Source: Candidatus Levyibacteriota bacterium
Lineage (GTDB): Bacteria > Patescibacteriota > Microgenomatia > Levybacterales > UBA12049
Assembly: GCA_963722305.1 (NCBI GenBank)
Contig: CAVRKE010000001.1
Location: forward strand, 76,312 to 140,311
DNA length: 64,000 bases
Direction: 5' to 3'
The notes below the pieces were generated by a model. It had not been told where the DNA came from. It did not search any database and worked only from the letters and a program-made list of their open reading frames with translations. The position numbers and the translations under genes were made by a program. This document shows positions 1-9,366 of the stretch, in pieces; position 1 is the first letter of the stretch, and every line of letters starts with the position of its first letter.

Positions 1-228
1 TATTACGTGCCAGAGTTTAGCGTTTTGCATTACAAAGGAGTTTCCGGGGGCTTAAAAAAAATTTCTCAGCATCTGTCAACCGCTGATGCTCAAACCAAAA
101 AATTAGCAACAAAGGCAAGGTTTGATGCAATGCGCATTTTCTACAAAAAACATTACGAACAAAAATATCCCTGGATTATCACCCGCCTGGTCTACGCGGG
201 GATTTCATTAAAACAGCATCTTTCTTGA
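1..228 (+). CDS. C-terminal fragment of a gene that starts upstream of the window (hypothetical)
   Basis: Open frame from the window edge ending at TGA 226-228. No recognisable motif. Confidence 0.25.
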   Translation, partial: YYVPEFSVLHYKGVSGGLKKISQHLSTADAQTKKLATKARFDAMRIFYKKHYEQKYPWIITRLVYAGISLKQHLS

Positions 229-322
229 AGGGCTTGCTCTCTCTGATGGACAACGTTAGAACCTAAAATATGCCTGAGTTTAGTATTTGTTAAGTTTAGT
301 GGAATTAGCTATAATCTAGCTT

Positions 323-1462
323 ATGAGGATTGGAATTGATTGCCGGCTTTGGGAGCAGACCGGCGTTGGCAGGTATATCAGGAATTTGGTCATAAATTTA
401 CAGCAAATTGATAAGAAAAACGAGTATGTGCTGTTCGTCAGAAGCCAGGATTTGAAAAATCTCAAATTGCAAATTACAAATCCCAAATGGAGAACCGTCG
501 AAACAAATATCCGCTGGCATTCGGTGGCCGAACAGATGCAATTTCCGCTGATTTTAAATAAAGAAAAGCTCGATTTAATGCACTTTCCCTATTTTTCCGT
601 CCCAATTTCCTACCGAAAACCATACGTTGTGACTATCCATGATTTAATTATTAACCATTTTTCAACCGGTGAAGCTTCGACTCTTTTTTATCCTCTGTAT
701 TTTGGTAAGCGCGTGTCATACAAGTTCGTAATCAGAAACGCGGCCAAACGGGCAAAAAAAATCATTGTTCCTTCCAGCGTCACCAAGGAAGAAATTATCC
801 GCCACTATAAAATCGCCGCCCAAAAAATAAACGTCATTCCGGAAGCCGCAGAACTGAAAGCACCAAATCCCAAATCACAAATTTCAAATAAATTCATAAA
901 TCATAAATCTGAAATCATAAATCAGAAATATGGGCAGTATTTCTTGTATGTCGGCAATGCCTATCCGCATAAAAATCTAAACAGTTTAATTTACGCTTTT
1001 AATAAAATTTCCCGAGAATACCCGGATTTACGGCTTGTTTTGGTCGGCCAGAAGGATTATTTTTACCAAAGACTTGAAGAAGAAAATCAGTCCGAGAAAA
1101 TAATATTTTACGGAAAAGCCTCCGACCGAGAATTGTTTAATTTATATTCAAACGCCATTGCCCTGGTAATGCCGTCTTTAATGGAGGGCTTCGGTCTGCC
1201 GGTTTTGGAAGCCATGTCTTTGCGCTGTTTGGTGGTGGCTTCGAATATTCCGTCGATTAAGGAAATCGCCTCGACATCCGCGATTTACTTTCAGCCCGAA
1301 GACGTCAACGATATTAAAGAAACAATGAAAAGTGTCTATCTCAACAACGAAAGATACAAAAAAGAGAAATTGGAAGCGGCTTTTAAGCGTTCTCAAAAAT
1401 ATTCCTGGAGAAAAACTGCAGCGGAGACTTTGAATGTTTATGAAAGTAGCTCTAGTTTATGA
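323..1462 (+). CDS. Glycosyltransferase family 4 (GT-B fold)
   Basis: N-terminal 'RIGIDCRLWEQTGVGRY' and C-terminal 'EGFGLPVLEAMS...VVAS' are typical GT4/GT1 motifs. Contains an in-frame low-complexity insert (PNPKSQISNKFINHKSEIINQKY) encoded by an A/T-rich simple repeat. Confidence 0.8.
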   Translation: MRIGIDCRLWEQTGVGRYIRNLVINLQQIDKKNEYVLFVRSQDLKNLKLQITNPKWRTVETNIRWHSVAEQMQFPLILNKEKLDLMHFPYFSVPISYRKPYVVTIHDLIINHFSTGEASTLFYPLYFGKRVSYKFVIRNAAKRAKKIIVPSSVTKEEIIRHYKIAAQKINVIPEAAELKAPNPKSQISNKFINHKSEIINQKYGQYFLYVGNAYPHKNLNSLIYAFNKISREYPDLRLVLVGQKDYFYQRLEEENQSEKIIFYGKASDRELFNLYSNAIALVMPSLMEGFGLPVLEAMSLRCLVVASNIPSIKEIASTSAIYFQPEDVNDIKETMKSVYLNNERYKKEKLEAAFKRSQKYSWRKTAAETLNVYESSSSL

Positions 1463-2534
1463 CCGGGTCAACAAGTGGGGAGGGGCGGAAAGAGTTTTAT
1501 TAACTCTTCATCAGATTTTTCCGGAGGCACCTTTATACACCTCGGTTTACAATCCGGCTAAAGCTCCCTGGGCTAAAGTTTTCGATGTCAAAACTTCTTT
1601 CTTACAGAAATTTCCCAATGCCTCAAGTGCCCATGAACTATACGCAACGCTCATGCCGCTAGCTTTTGAAAGTTTTAATTTTGATGAGTACGATTTGGTA
1701 ATTTCGGTCACCTCGGAAGCGGCTAAAGGGATTATTACTAAACCGCAGACTCGTCACATTTGCTATTGTTTAACGCCGACTCGGTATCTGTGGAGCGGGT
1801 ATAACGACTATTTCAGGGATTCAATGTTGAGGATTTTGGCCAAGCCGGCGGTAGCTTATTTAAGAGCTTGGGATAAAATTGCAGCGCAAAGGCCTGATGA
1901 CTATATTGCGATCTCGACAGAGGTTCGGAATAGGATAAAACGTTATTACCATAGAGAGTCTGAGATTATCTACCCACCTTTGCAATTTCTAATTTCTAAT
2001 TCCAAATTTCTAAATAAATCCCAAATCCCAAATTCCAAATCCCAAGGCGATTATTTTTTGGTTGTGTCACGTTTAACTAATTTTTATAAGAGAGTCGATA
2101 TTGCGATTAAAGCTTGCACAGAACTTAAACTGCCTTTAAGAATTGTTGGCGAAGGAGCGGATAAAGATGTTTTAAAGAGAATGGCCGGTCCGTCAGTTGA
2201 ATTTTTGGGTAGTGTAAGCGACAGTACACTTTCAAAACTCTATCAAAACTGTCAGGCTTTAATTTTTCCGGGGCTTGAAGACTTTGGTTTGGTCATGGCG
2301 GAGGCACAAAGTTTCGGAAAGCCGGTAATTGCATATCGCGGTGGAGGAGCCCTAGATATTGTCGAAGAAGGGATAACCGGTGAATACTTCGATAAGCAAT
2401 CTTCGGAAAGTCTGGGAACGGTATTGAAAAGCTTTGATAAGACAAGCTATAATACTAAATTATGCAGGGAAAATTCCGAGAGGTTTTCATTTGCTAACTT
2501 TGAAAAGAACTTCAAGGAATTTTTAAACAACTAA
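1434..2534 (+). CDS. Glycosyltransferase family 4 (GT-B fold)
   Basis: 'KVALVYDRVNKWGGAERV' N-terminal and 'EDFGLVMAEAQSFGKPVIA' C-terminal GT4 motifs. Overlaps the previous gene by 29 nt. Carries a similar simple-repeat linker (LISNSKFLNKSQIPNSKSQ). Confidence 0.8.
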   Translation: MFMKVALVYDRVNKWGGAERVLLTLHQIFPEAPLYTSVYNPAKAPWAKVFDVKTSFLQKFPNASSAHELYATLMPLAFESFNFDEYDLVISVTSEAAKGIITKPQTRHICYCLTPTRYLWSGYNDYFRDSMLRILAKPAVAYLRAWDKIAAQRPDDYIAISTEVRNRIKRYYHRESEIIYPPLQFLISNSKFLNKSQIPNSKSQGDYFLVVSRLTNFYKRVDIAIKACTELKLPLRIVGEGADKDVLKRMAGPSVEFLGSVSDSTLSKLYQNCQALIFPGLEDFGLVMAEAQSFGKPVIAYRGGGALDIVEEGITGEYFDKQSSESLGTVLKSFDKTSYNTKLCRENSERFSFANFEKNFKEFLNN

Positions 2535-2536
2535 TT

Positions 2537-3619
2537 ATGAAGGTAATTATTTTTGCAGGAGGAGTAGGTACCAGGTTGTGGCCGCTGTCGCGAAAAAATA
2601 CCCCTAAACAGTTCGAAAAAATAATCGGTGACAAATCAACTTTACAATTGGCGGTGGACAGATTGCAGCCGGAGTTTAAGCCCGAAGACATTTACATCTG
2701 CACCGGGAAAAAGTATGAAGCAATTGTTCGTCCGCATCTGCCGCAAATTCCCGCAGGCAACTTTATTTTTGAGCCGGAGATGAGAGATGTCGGGCCGGCA
2801 GTCGGTGTGGCCATGGGCATAATCGGTAAAGAGCATCCTAATGAACCGGTGGCGATTATCTGGAGCGACCATTTCGTCAAAAAAGAAAGAAGATTTAGGG
2901 AGGTTTTACATTTTGCCGAACAAATGGTGGCAAAAAATAACAGCAGCATTGTTTTTATCGGCCAGCGGGCCAGGTTTGCCAATCAGAATTTAGGTTGGAT
3001 TGAATTTGGAGATGAAGTTGAAGATGTCAGAGGAACAAAAATCTTCAAGTTTAAAAAATTGATTTACAGACCAAGTTTAGGAGAGGCAGAAAAATTTCTG
3101 GAAAGCCAGACTCATGCTTGGAATCCCGGCTATTTTGTGACTACTCCTGCGTTTATCCTTTCGCAGTACGAAAAACATGCTCCCCAGATTTGGCAGGGGA
3201 TAATCAAGATTCAGGCAGCTGTCGGAGAAGCAAATTACGAAGCGGTGCTGCAAACAGTTTATCCCAAATTTGAAAAAATCAGCTTTGATAATGCAATCTT
3301 GGAAAAAGTAGATCCTGCCCACGTTTTTGTGATTGCGGCGGATTTGGGCTGGAGCGATGTCGGAGCGTGGGAAGCGTTAAAAGAGGCGCTGCAGGCTTCA
3401 AAAGATGAAAATGTGACCAGAGGAAAAGTGTTGCTCGAGGAATCATTGGATAATCTGGTTTTTAATTACGGCGACCAGTTGGTAGTAGGTATAGATTTGC
3501 AGAAAATGATTGTCATCAATACGGATGATGTTTTGCTAATCTGTACCAAAAATTCCGTCCCCAAAATTAAAAAACTGGTCGAGAGCCTAAGCGGAACCGA
3601 ACACGAGAATTTGACTTAA
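2537..3619 (+). CDS. Mannose-1-phosphate guanylyltransferase-like sugar nucleotidyltransferase
   Basis: 'IIFAGGVGTRLWPLSRKNTPKQF' NTP-transferase motif. 'EPEMRDVGPA' and 'WSDHF' resemble ManC/GMP family. No cupin domain. Confidence 0.7.
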   Translation: MKVIIFAGGVGTRLWPLSRKNTPKQFEKIIGDKSTLQLAVDRLQPEFKPEDIYICTGKKYEAIVRPHLPQIPAGNFIFEPEMRDVGPAVGVAMGIIGKEHPNEPVAIIWSDHFVKKERRFREVLHFAEQMVAKNNSSIVFIGQRARFANQNLGWIEFGDEVEDVRGTKIFKFKKLIYRPSLGEAEKFLESQTHAWNPGYFVTTPAFILSQYEKHAPQIWQGIIKIQAAVGEANYEAVLQTVYPKFEKISFDNAILEKVDPAHVFVIAADLGWSDVGAWEALKEALQASKDENVTRGKVLLEESLDNLVFNYGDQLVVGIDLQKMIVINTDDVLLICTKNSVPKIKKLVESLSGTEHENLT

Positions 3620-3623
3620 ATTT

Positions 3624-4289
3624 ATGCCTGTCATCGAAATAAAAAAAAGCGGATTTTACGAATTCAGCAAAAGAGTGATGGATATCTTTTTTTCACTTTT
3701 ACTCATTATCATCTTTTCTCCACTAATGCTAATACTGTCCATAGCCATAAAGCTCGATTCAGACGGCCCGATCTTAGCCGATACTCCGGAAAGAGTCGGT
3801 AGAAACGGAAAATTATTCAAAATGTACAAATTCAGAAGCATGATTGAAAACGCCCACGAAATTCTCAGGGAAAATCCGAAGTTTTCAAATCTGTATGACA
3901 AATACAAAAAGGGCAGCTATAAATTAAAAGATGATCCAAGAGTTACCAAAGTTGGGCATTTCCTGCGGAAGCATTCTTTGGACGAAGTGCCCCAGTTTTT
4001 TAATGCTTTAAAAGGTGATATGAGCGTTGTCGGGCCAAGAGCTTATTATCCGGATGAGCTGAGGGAGCAACAGCGTAAATATCCACAGACTAAGGATTGG
4101 GTAAAGGTGGTTTTATCAATTAAACCCGGAATAACCGGCTATTGGCAGGTTTCGGGTAGAAGCGAAATAAATTTTGACAAAAGAATCGAAATGGACGCCA
4201 CCTATGTCCGAAAAAGGTCCATCATTTACGACCTCTGGATTATCCTTAAAACCCCCTGGGTAATCATCTCCGGACAGGGCGCTTTATAG
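3624..4289 (+). CDS. Undecaprenyl-phosphate sugar phosphotransferase (bacterial sugar transferase family, WbaP/WcaJ C-terminal domain type)
   Basis: N-terminal TM helix. 'DEVPQFFNALKGDMSVVGPRA' signature of PF02397-type initiating transferases. Confidence 0.8.
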   Translation: MPVIEIKKSGFYEFSKRVMDIFFSLLLIIIFSPLMLILSIAIKLDSDGPILADTPERVGRNGKLFKMYKFRSMIENAHEILRENPKFSNLYDKYKKGSYKLKDDPRVTKVGHFLRKHSLDEVPQFFNALKGDMSVVGPRAYYPDELREQQRKYPQTKDWVKVVLSIKPGITGYWQVSGRSEINFDKRIEMDATYVRKRSIIYDLWIILKTPWVIISGQGAL

Positions 4290-4335
4290 TGCTTAGGGTT
4301 GACACAGAGAGTGATTTCAAGATATTATAGTTGGT

Positions 4336-6312
4336 ATGGATGGACTGAAAAAAATTGATTTAGGTTTGGAAAAAGTCAGCGTGCAAAATAAAACTCAGGA
4401 TTATAGTCAGGGAGTACCACAAAGAATGAACAGAAGAAAATTTAATTTCAAGAAATTTTTGACCGGAAGAACAATGCTAGTTGCTCTAATCATCGTGGTG
4501 CTTTTAGTGTTATTTTCTGTTTTCGGAGTATACCTTCCCGCAACTAAAGTTTATAAATCCGCAAAGCTGACTTACGCGGATGCTCAGGCTGCGGTCTACG
4601 CGGTAAAAATCCAAAATGTGTCTTTGGCCTCGGATGAGCTCGTCAAAACCAAAACCGACCTTACCCAAACCCAAACTGATTTGCACGCCATGGCCTATTT
4701 AAAATTCGTACCGATTGCCAGCTGGTATTATAATGATGCCGATCATTTGCTTAATGCCGGAACTCATGGTTTAAACGCCGCCACCATCCTGATTGATTCG
4801 ATCAAACCTTACGCCGATGTGCTGGGACTAAAGGGGCAGGGTAGTTTTGTCGGTGGCACTGCCCAACAAAGGATTGAAACGGCAGTTAAAACCATTGGCA
4901 AAATTACGCCCAGAATTGACGATATTGCCAACGAGTTGGCAATTGTCAGAAGCGAAATCGATAAAGTCAGCCCCGGTCATTATCCGTCACTAATCTTTGG
5001 CAAGAAAGTCAGTAATGTTTTGGATAATCTTAAAAACTTAACCGACCAAAGCGTTAATCTAATCACCAGCGCCAGGCCCTTAATTAAAATCCTTCCCCAG
5101 ATTGTCGGAGAGCCGAATGAGAAAAAATACCTCATCCTTTTTCAAAACGATAAAGAGCTAAGGCCTACCGGTGGATTTATTACCGCTTACGCGGTTTTTA
5201 GATTGGATAGTGGCGTGGTGCATGTTGATACTTCAAGCGATATTTACAGTCTTGACGCGACGGTTCCCAACAAACCGGTGGCGCCGGCCCCAATCCTTAA
5301 ATATTTGGCAAATGTGCCGGTATTAAACCTTCGCGATAATAACCTTTCCCCCGATTTTAAGGTTTCAATGACCGATTTTTATAACATGTATCAGACCGCC
5401 GGAGACTATACGCCGGTGGACGGAATCATTGCCATTGATACCCATGCTTTAGTTTCGGCGATGGATATTTTGGGAGATATGAACGTTGACGGAACCAATT
5501 TTACCACTAAGAATGAGCCAGAGTGCGATTGTCCGCAGGTAATTTACCAATTGGAATCGATTGCCGATCAGCCGGTGGAAGGAATAAAAGCAAACAGAAA
5601 AGGGATTATCGGAGATTTGATGTACGCGATTATGAGCAAAGCTTTTTCTTCATCGCCTAAACTGTATTGGGGACCATTGTTCCAGACCATGATTTCGGAG
5701 ATGAATCAAAAGCACGTCCTTTTCTATATGAATGACGCTCAGGCCCAGGCGGGATTTGAAGGCCTGAATGCGGCGGGCAGGGTGCTGCCATTTGATGGAG
5801 ATTACTTTAATATTAATGAGGCCAATTTCGGTGGAGCAAAATCAAACATGTTTGTTTCGGAGGCAGTCACCCAGGATTATAGCGTCGGATCCGACGGCAC
5901 AGTGACTAAAACAGTCACGGTAAATTATAAAAATCCCTATCCTCCCTCGGATTGTAATTTGGCCAGAGGCAACCTGTGTTTGAATGCGGTTCTTCGCGAT
6001 TGGTTTAGGATTTATGTACCCAAAGGCAGTCAATTAATTTCAGATAGCGGTTCAGAGGTAAAAATGACCTCCTACGAGGATTTAGGTAAAACCGTTTTCG
6101 AGGGTTTCCTAACAGTCAGGCCTGAAGGTGTAGCAAAACTGACTGTATCTTACAAGCTGCCGTTTAAACTGGCTAACTCGTCAATTTTGCCGCTGCTTGT
6201 GCAAAAGCAATCAGGCACAGACAGTCCTTCGTACACCATTACTGTTTCGGGGAAAACTTTGCAGCAGTTTAATCTTTCGGCCGATCAGACTTTGAATTTA
6301 CAATTAAGGTAG
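4336..6312 (+). CDS. Membrane-anchored exported protein, DUF4012-like
   Basis: Single N-terminal TM followed by a large extracytoplasmic domain. 'ELRPTGGFITAYAV' resembles the DUF4012 motif often found beside polysaccharide loci. Several Cys pairs (CDCP, CNLARGNLC). Confidence 0.45.
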   Translation: MDGLKKIDLGLEKVSVQNKTQDYSQGVPQRMNRRKFNFKKFLTGRTMLVALIIVVLLVLFSVFGVYLPATKVYKSAKLTYADAQAAVYAVKIQNVSLASDELVKTKTDLTQTQTDLHAMAYLKFVPIASWYYNDADHLLNAGTHGLNAATILIDSIKPYADVLGLKGQGSFVGGTAQQRIETAVKTIGKITPRIDDIANELAIVRSEIDKVSPGHYPSLIFGKKVSNVLDNLKNLTDQSVNLITSARPLIKILPQIVGEPNEKKYLILFQNDKELRPTGGFITAYAVFRLDSGVVHVDTSSDIYSLDATVPNKPVAPAPILKYLANVPVLNLRDNNLSPDFKVSMTDFYNMYQTAGDYTPVDGIIAIDTHALVSAMDILGDMNVDGTNFTTKNEPECDCPQVIYQLESIADQPVEGIKANRKGIIGDLMYAIMSKAFSSSPKLYWGPLFQTMISEMNQKHVLFYMNDAQAQAGFEGLNAAGRVLPFDGDYFNINEANFGGAKSNMFVSEAVTQDYSVGSDGTVTKTVTVNYKNPYPPSDCNLARGNLCLNAVLRDWFRIYVPKGSQLISDSGSEVKMTSYEDLGKTVFEGFLTVRPEGVAKLTVSYKLPFKLANSSILPLLVQKQSGTDSPSYTITVSGKTLQQFNLSADQTLNLQLR

Positions 6313-6333
6313 ACCGTAAGGTCTATACAGCTT

Positions 6334-6873
6334 ATGAGGTCGTTTCGAACAGAAGGAATCGTCATTAAGAGAAGTAATTACTCAGAAGCCGACAGGATTG
6401 TGACAATCTTTACTAAGAAAAACGGCAAAATTAAAGTTAAGGCTGCCGGTGTTCGGAAAATTGCCAGCCGCAGGTCTCCCCACATTGAACTTTTAAATTA
6501 CTGTATTTTCGGTCTTTATCAAGCCGCGGGCGTCGCACGCATGCCGATTTTGACCGAAGTTGAGTCCAAAGAAAGTTTTCCTCTTTTAAAGAAGGATTTA
6601 AAAAGAATTGGCTATGCTTACCATGTTTGTGAGTTGGTTGACGGATTGTGCGCGGAAAACCAGGAGCATCCGGAGGTGTTCATGCTTTTAGGAAGGACTT
6701 TGCGGAAATTATCCAAAGAAGATAACTTTTCCGAAATTGTTCATGAGTTTGAGCTGGAGCTGTTGCGACTGTTAGGTTTTAGTTCAACCGCAAGAACTGA
6801 TACGCAAGAATTTATCGAAGAAATTTTAGAAAGAAGACTAAAAACCAAACAAATTCTTCCGCAGCTTTCATAA
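6334..6873 (+). CDS. recO: DNA repair protein RecO (short form)
   Basis: N-terminal OB-fold pattern 'EGIVIKRSNYSEADRIVTIFTKKNGKIKVKAAGVRK' and C-terminal 'ELELLRLLGF' match RecO. Confidence 0.65.
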   Translation: MRSFRTEGIVIKRSNYSEADRIVTIFTKKNGKIKVKAAGVRKIASRRSPHIELLNYCIFGLYQAAGVARMPILTEVESKESFPLLKKDLKRIGYAYHVCELVDGLCAENQEHPEVFMLLGRTLRKLSKEDNFSEIVHEFELELLRLLGFSSTARTDTQEFIEEILERRLKTKQILPQLS

Positions 6874-6900
6874 CTGTCCGCTTTTTGCTATTATTGCTTT

Positions 6901-8196
6901 ATGGATAATCTGATGGATAAAATTGTGGCGCTTTGCAAGCGTAGAGGCTTTATTTTTCCGGGCAGTGAATTATACGGAGGATTAAACGGGACTTGGGATT
7001 TGGGTCCTTTGGGAACGCTTCTTGCCAATAATCTTAAAAATGAATGGCGAAGAGCGATTATTTACGCCAAAGAAAACGTGGTTGAAATCGACTCCGCCAT
7101 TATTTTAAATGCCAAAGTTTGGGAAGCATCCGGTCATGTGGCATCCTTTACCGACCCGTTGGTTGAATGCAAGCTTTGTCACCAAAGATTCAGGGCCGAC
7201 AATAAAAAAGAGCTTAAAGAACACGCTTCGATGCACCAAGGCGACGAAAGCTGGACAGAAGTCAAAGATTTCAATTTAATGTTTAAGACCTTTATCGGGC
7301 CGATTGATAATGAGGATAATAAAACCTATCTTCGTCCGGAAACCGCCCAGGGGATTTTTATCAACTACGAAAACGTTTTGGCAACTACCAGAATCAAAAT
7401 TCCTTTTGGCATTGCTCAAATCGGCAAGGGATTCCGAAACGAAATTACCACTGGTAACTTTTTGTTCCGGGTCAGGGAATTTGAAATGATGGAGTTGGAA
7501 TATTTTGTTAAACCGGATGAAGCTTCAGAAACACATCAAAAATTAATCGAAGAAAGGCTTAACTGGTATTTAAATTTAGGCATTCACAAAGATAATATCA
7601 AAACCGTCGAATTACCGAAAGAGGATTTGGCGCATTATTCAAAAGGAACCACCGAAATTTGGTATAAATGGCCGTTTATGGATTTTGCCGAACTGGAAGG
7701 CATTGCCAACCGGGGAGACCATGATCTTTCGGCGCACCAAAAAGCTTCCGGCAAAGACCTTTCCTACCGCGACGAAGAAACCGGTGAAACGTATTTACCT
7801 TACGTGATAGAGCCGTCAGTTGGCGTTGGTCGGGCGATGCTGGCGTTTCTTCTCAACGCTTACCATGAAGACGGCAATAGAGTGGTTTTGAGACTTCATC
7901 CCAAACTTGCGCCCTATAAAGTGGCGGTTTTTCCGCTTTTGGCCAATAAACCGGATTTGGTTTCGGAAGCGCGAAAAATCTATAAAGCTCTTAAAAAAGA
8001 GATGATGGTTTCCTGGGACGACCGGGGAAATATCGGCAAACGCTATTTTGCCCAGGACGAAGCCGGCACGCCGTTTTGCATAACGGTTGATTTCCAGACC
8101 TTGGAGGACAAAACCGTCACTGTCCGCGACCGCGACACCGCCAAACAAGAGAGAATTGCCATCGATAAACTTTCAGAATATTTTCAAAAAAAATAG
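6901..8196 (+). CDS. glyQS: Glycine--tRNA ligase (alpha2-type GlyQS, class II)
   Basis: 'RRGFIFPGSELYGGLNGTWDLGPLG', 'WEASGHVASFTDPLVECKLC' and class II motifs. Confidence 0.9.
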   Translation: MDNLMDKIVALCKRRGFIFPGSELYGGLNGTWDLGPLGTLLANNLKNEWRRAIIYAKENVVEIDSAIILNAKVWEASGHVASFTDPLVECKLCHQRFRADNKKELKEHASMHQGDESWTEVKDFNLMFKTFIGPIDNEDNKTYLRPETAQGIFINYENVLATTRIKIPFGIAQIGKGFRNEITTGNFLFRVREFEMMELEYFVKPDEASETHQKLIEERLNWYLNLGIHKDNIKTVELPKEDLAHYSKGTTEIWYKWPFMDFAELEGIANRGDHDLSAHQKASGKDLSYRDEETGETYLPYVIEPSVGVGRAMLAFLLNAYHEDGNRVVLRLHPKLAPYKVAVFPLLANKPDLVSEARKIYKALKKEMMVSWDDRGNIGKRYFAQDEAGTPFCITVDFQTLEDKTVTVRDRDTAKQERIAIDKLSEYFQKK

Positions 8197-8244
8197 TATA
8201 GGTATTGACAGAGAAACGCGTTTTGTTTAGTATAAATCCAATAG

Positions 8245-8751
8245 ATGAAAAAAGTTCAAGAGCTTTTGAAGAATAAAATGGTTTTAATCGCCGCAGGAGT
8301 GGTTGTCCTAATCATAGTAATAGGCATAGTTGCGTTTTTAGTTTTGGGGAAAGGCTCAACTAATTCAGTTGCTAATCAAGCAGCCAATGCCGAGCCGACG
8401 CCAATTCCGGTTTTGTCTTTGCAACCTGCAGATATCGGATTAACTTTTACTCCGGATGCGAATATGCAAAGGGGAACGATGACCATCACACAGACTGCCG
8501 ACATTGCTTCGGTTGACTATCAACTGACCTACACGGCTTTGGTTTCCGGCCAGCCTGTTTCCAGGGGAACAATCGGACATGCCGATGTTAAAACTCCCGG
8601 TCAAACAATTACTCAGCAAATGGTGTTTGGCACCTGCTCGGATGTTTGCCATTATGACATCGGTATTAGCGATGTTAGCCTGGTGGTAAAAGTGACAAAA
8701 ACCGACGGAAAAATTTACCAAGTTCAACTTTCGGTCCCAACGTCACAATAA
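8245..8751 (+). CDS. Hypothetical membrane-anchored protein
   Basis: N-terminal TM helix, then a Thr/Gln-rich ectodomain. Upstream TTGACA-17-TAGTAT promoter at about 8205-8234. Confidence 0.4.
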   Translation: MKKVQELLKNKMVLIAAGVVVLIIVIGIVAFLVLGKGSTNSVANQAANAEPTPIPVLSLQPADIGLTFTPDANMQRGTMTITQTADIASVDYQLTYTALVSGQPVSRGTIGHADVKTPGQTITQQMVFGTCSDVCHYDIGISDVSLVVKVTKTDGKIYQVQLSVPTSQ

Positions 8752-8789
8752 TTTAAATTAATTTTCACAAGCATTTTTTAATCACTATA

Positions 8790-8818
8790 TCTAGTGATTT
8801 TTTTTGTTTTAAACACTA
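8790..8818 (+). terminator. Rho-independent terminator after the 8245-8751 gene
   Basis: Inverted repeat AATCACTA-tatc-TAGTGATT followed by T8. Confidence 0.6.
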
Positions 8819-8874
8819 AAACACCTTGTTTGCCTCTTGACACCGTGTGAAAACTGCGGCAAAATAAAGATAAA

Positions 8875-9366
8875 GTGGTCCAAAGTGGGAAAAGGTGGGC
8901 TACAGAAAGGCAGGAGAAAGTGTTACTGGGTCAATATGAAGGCAAAATTGACAATAAAGGCCGAACAGCATTTCCGAAAAAATTCAGACAAGTTTTGGGA
9001 GATAAGTTGATTGTTACTTTGGGATATGAAAACTCACTCATTGTTGTCTCAGAAGAAAACTGGAAAGCACTTTTGGAAGGCACCGAAGGCAGACCTTTTA
9101 TTCAATCCGAGACTAGAGAAACCCAGCGATTCTTGCTCGGAGGAGCCAGCAACATTGAGCTCGATGGCAAGGGAAGGTTTGTATTACCGGCTTATCTTAG
9201 AGAATTTGCAAAAGTTAAAGACAATGTCGTGTTCATAGGTTTATCAAGGTACGTTGAAATTTGGGATAGCAACAGGTGGCTTGAGTATCGAAAGGGCTTA
9301 GAAAAAAATATCGATACGATTTCGCAAAGGCTAGTTGAAAAAGAGGATAAGAAAAAGAGTGAATAA
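8875..9366 (+). CDS. mraZ: Transcriptional regulator MraZ
   Basis: Two MraZ repeats ('KIDNKGRTAFPKKFR', 'LDGKGRFVLPAYLR'). The true start may be GTG 8920 (VLLGQYEGKID), which is closer to the canonical MraZ N-terminus. Confidence 0.85.
   Translation: MVQSGKRWATERQEKVLLGQYEGKIDNKGRTAFPKKFRQVLGDKLIVTLGYENSLIVVSEENWKALLEGTEGRPFIQSETRETQRFLLGGASNIELDGKGRFVLPAYLREFAKVKDNVVFIGLSRYVEIWDSNRWLEYRKGLEKNIDTISQRLVEKEDKKKSE

Noticed and set aside
1178-1396. Antisense ORFs inside confidently called genes (e.g. 1178-1396, 2642-2982, 7816-8148, 8440-8727, 15511-15816, 18708-19109, 24411-25032, 25550-26296, 43413-43638, 47079-47969)
   Set aside because: They are fully embedded in the opposite strand of genes with strong family signatures. 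Their translations are low-complexity or Cys/Arg-rich, as is typical of shadow ORFs.
8834-8874. Promoter call for mraZ (TTGACA at 8834)
   Set aside because: The -35 is good, but no convincing -10 hexamer sits at 16-18 nt spacing. It was left uncalled.
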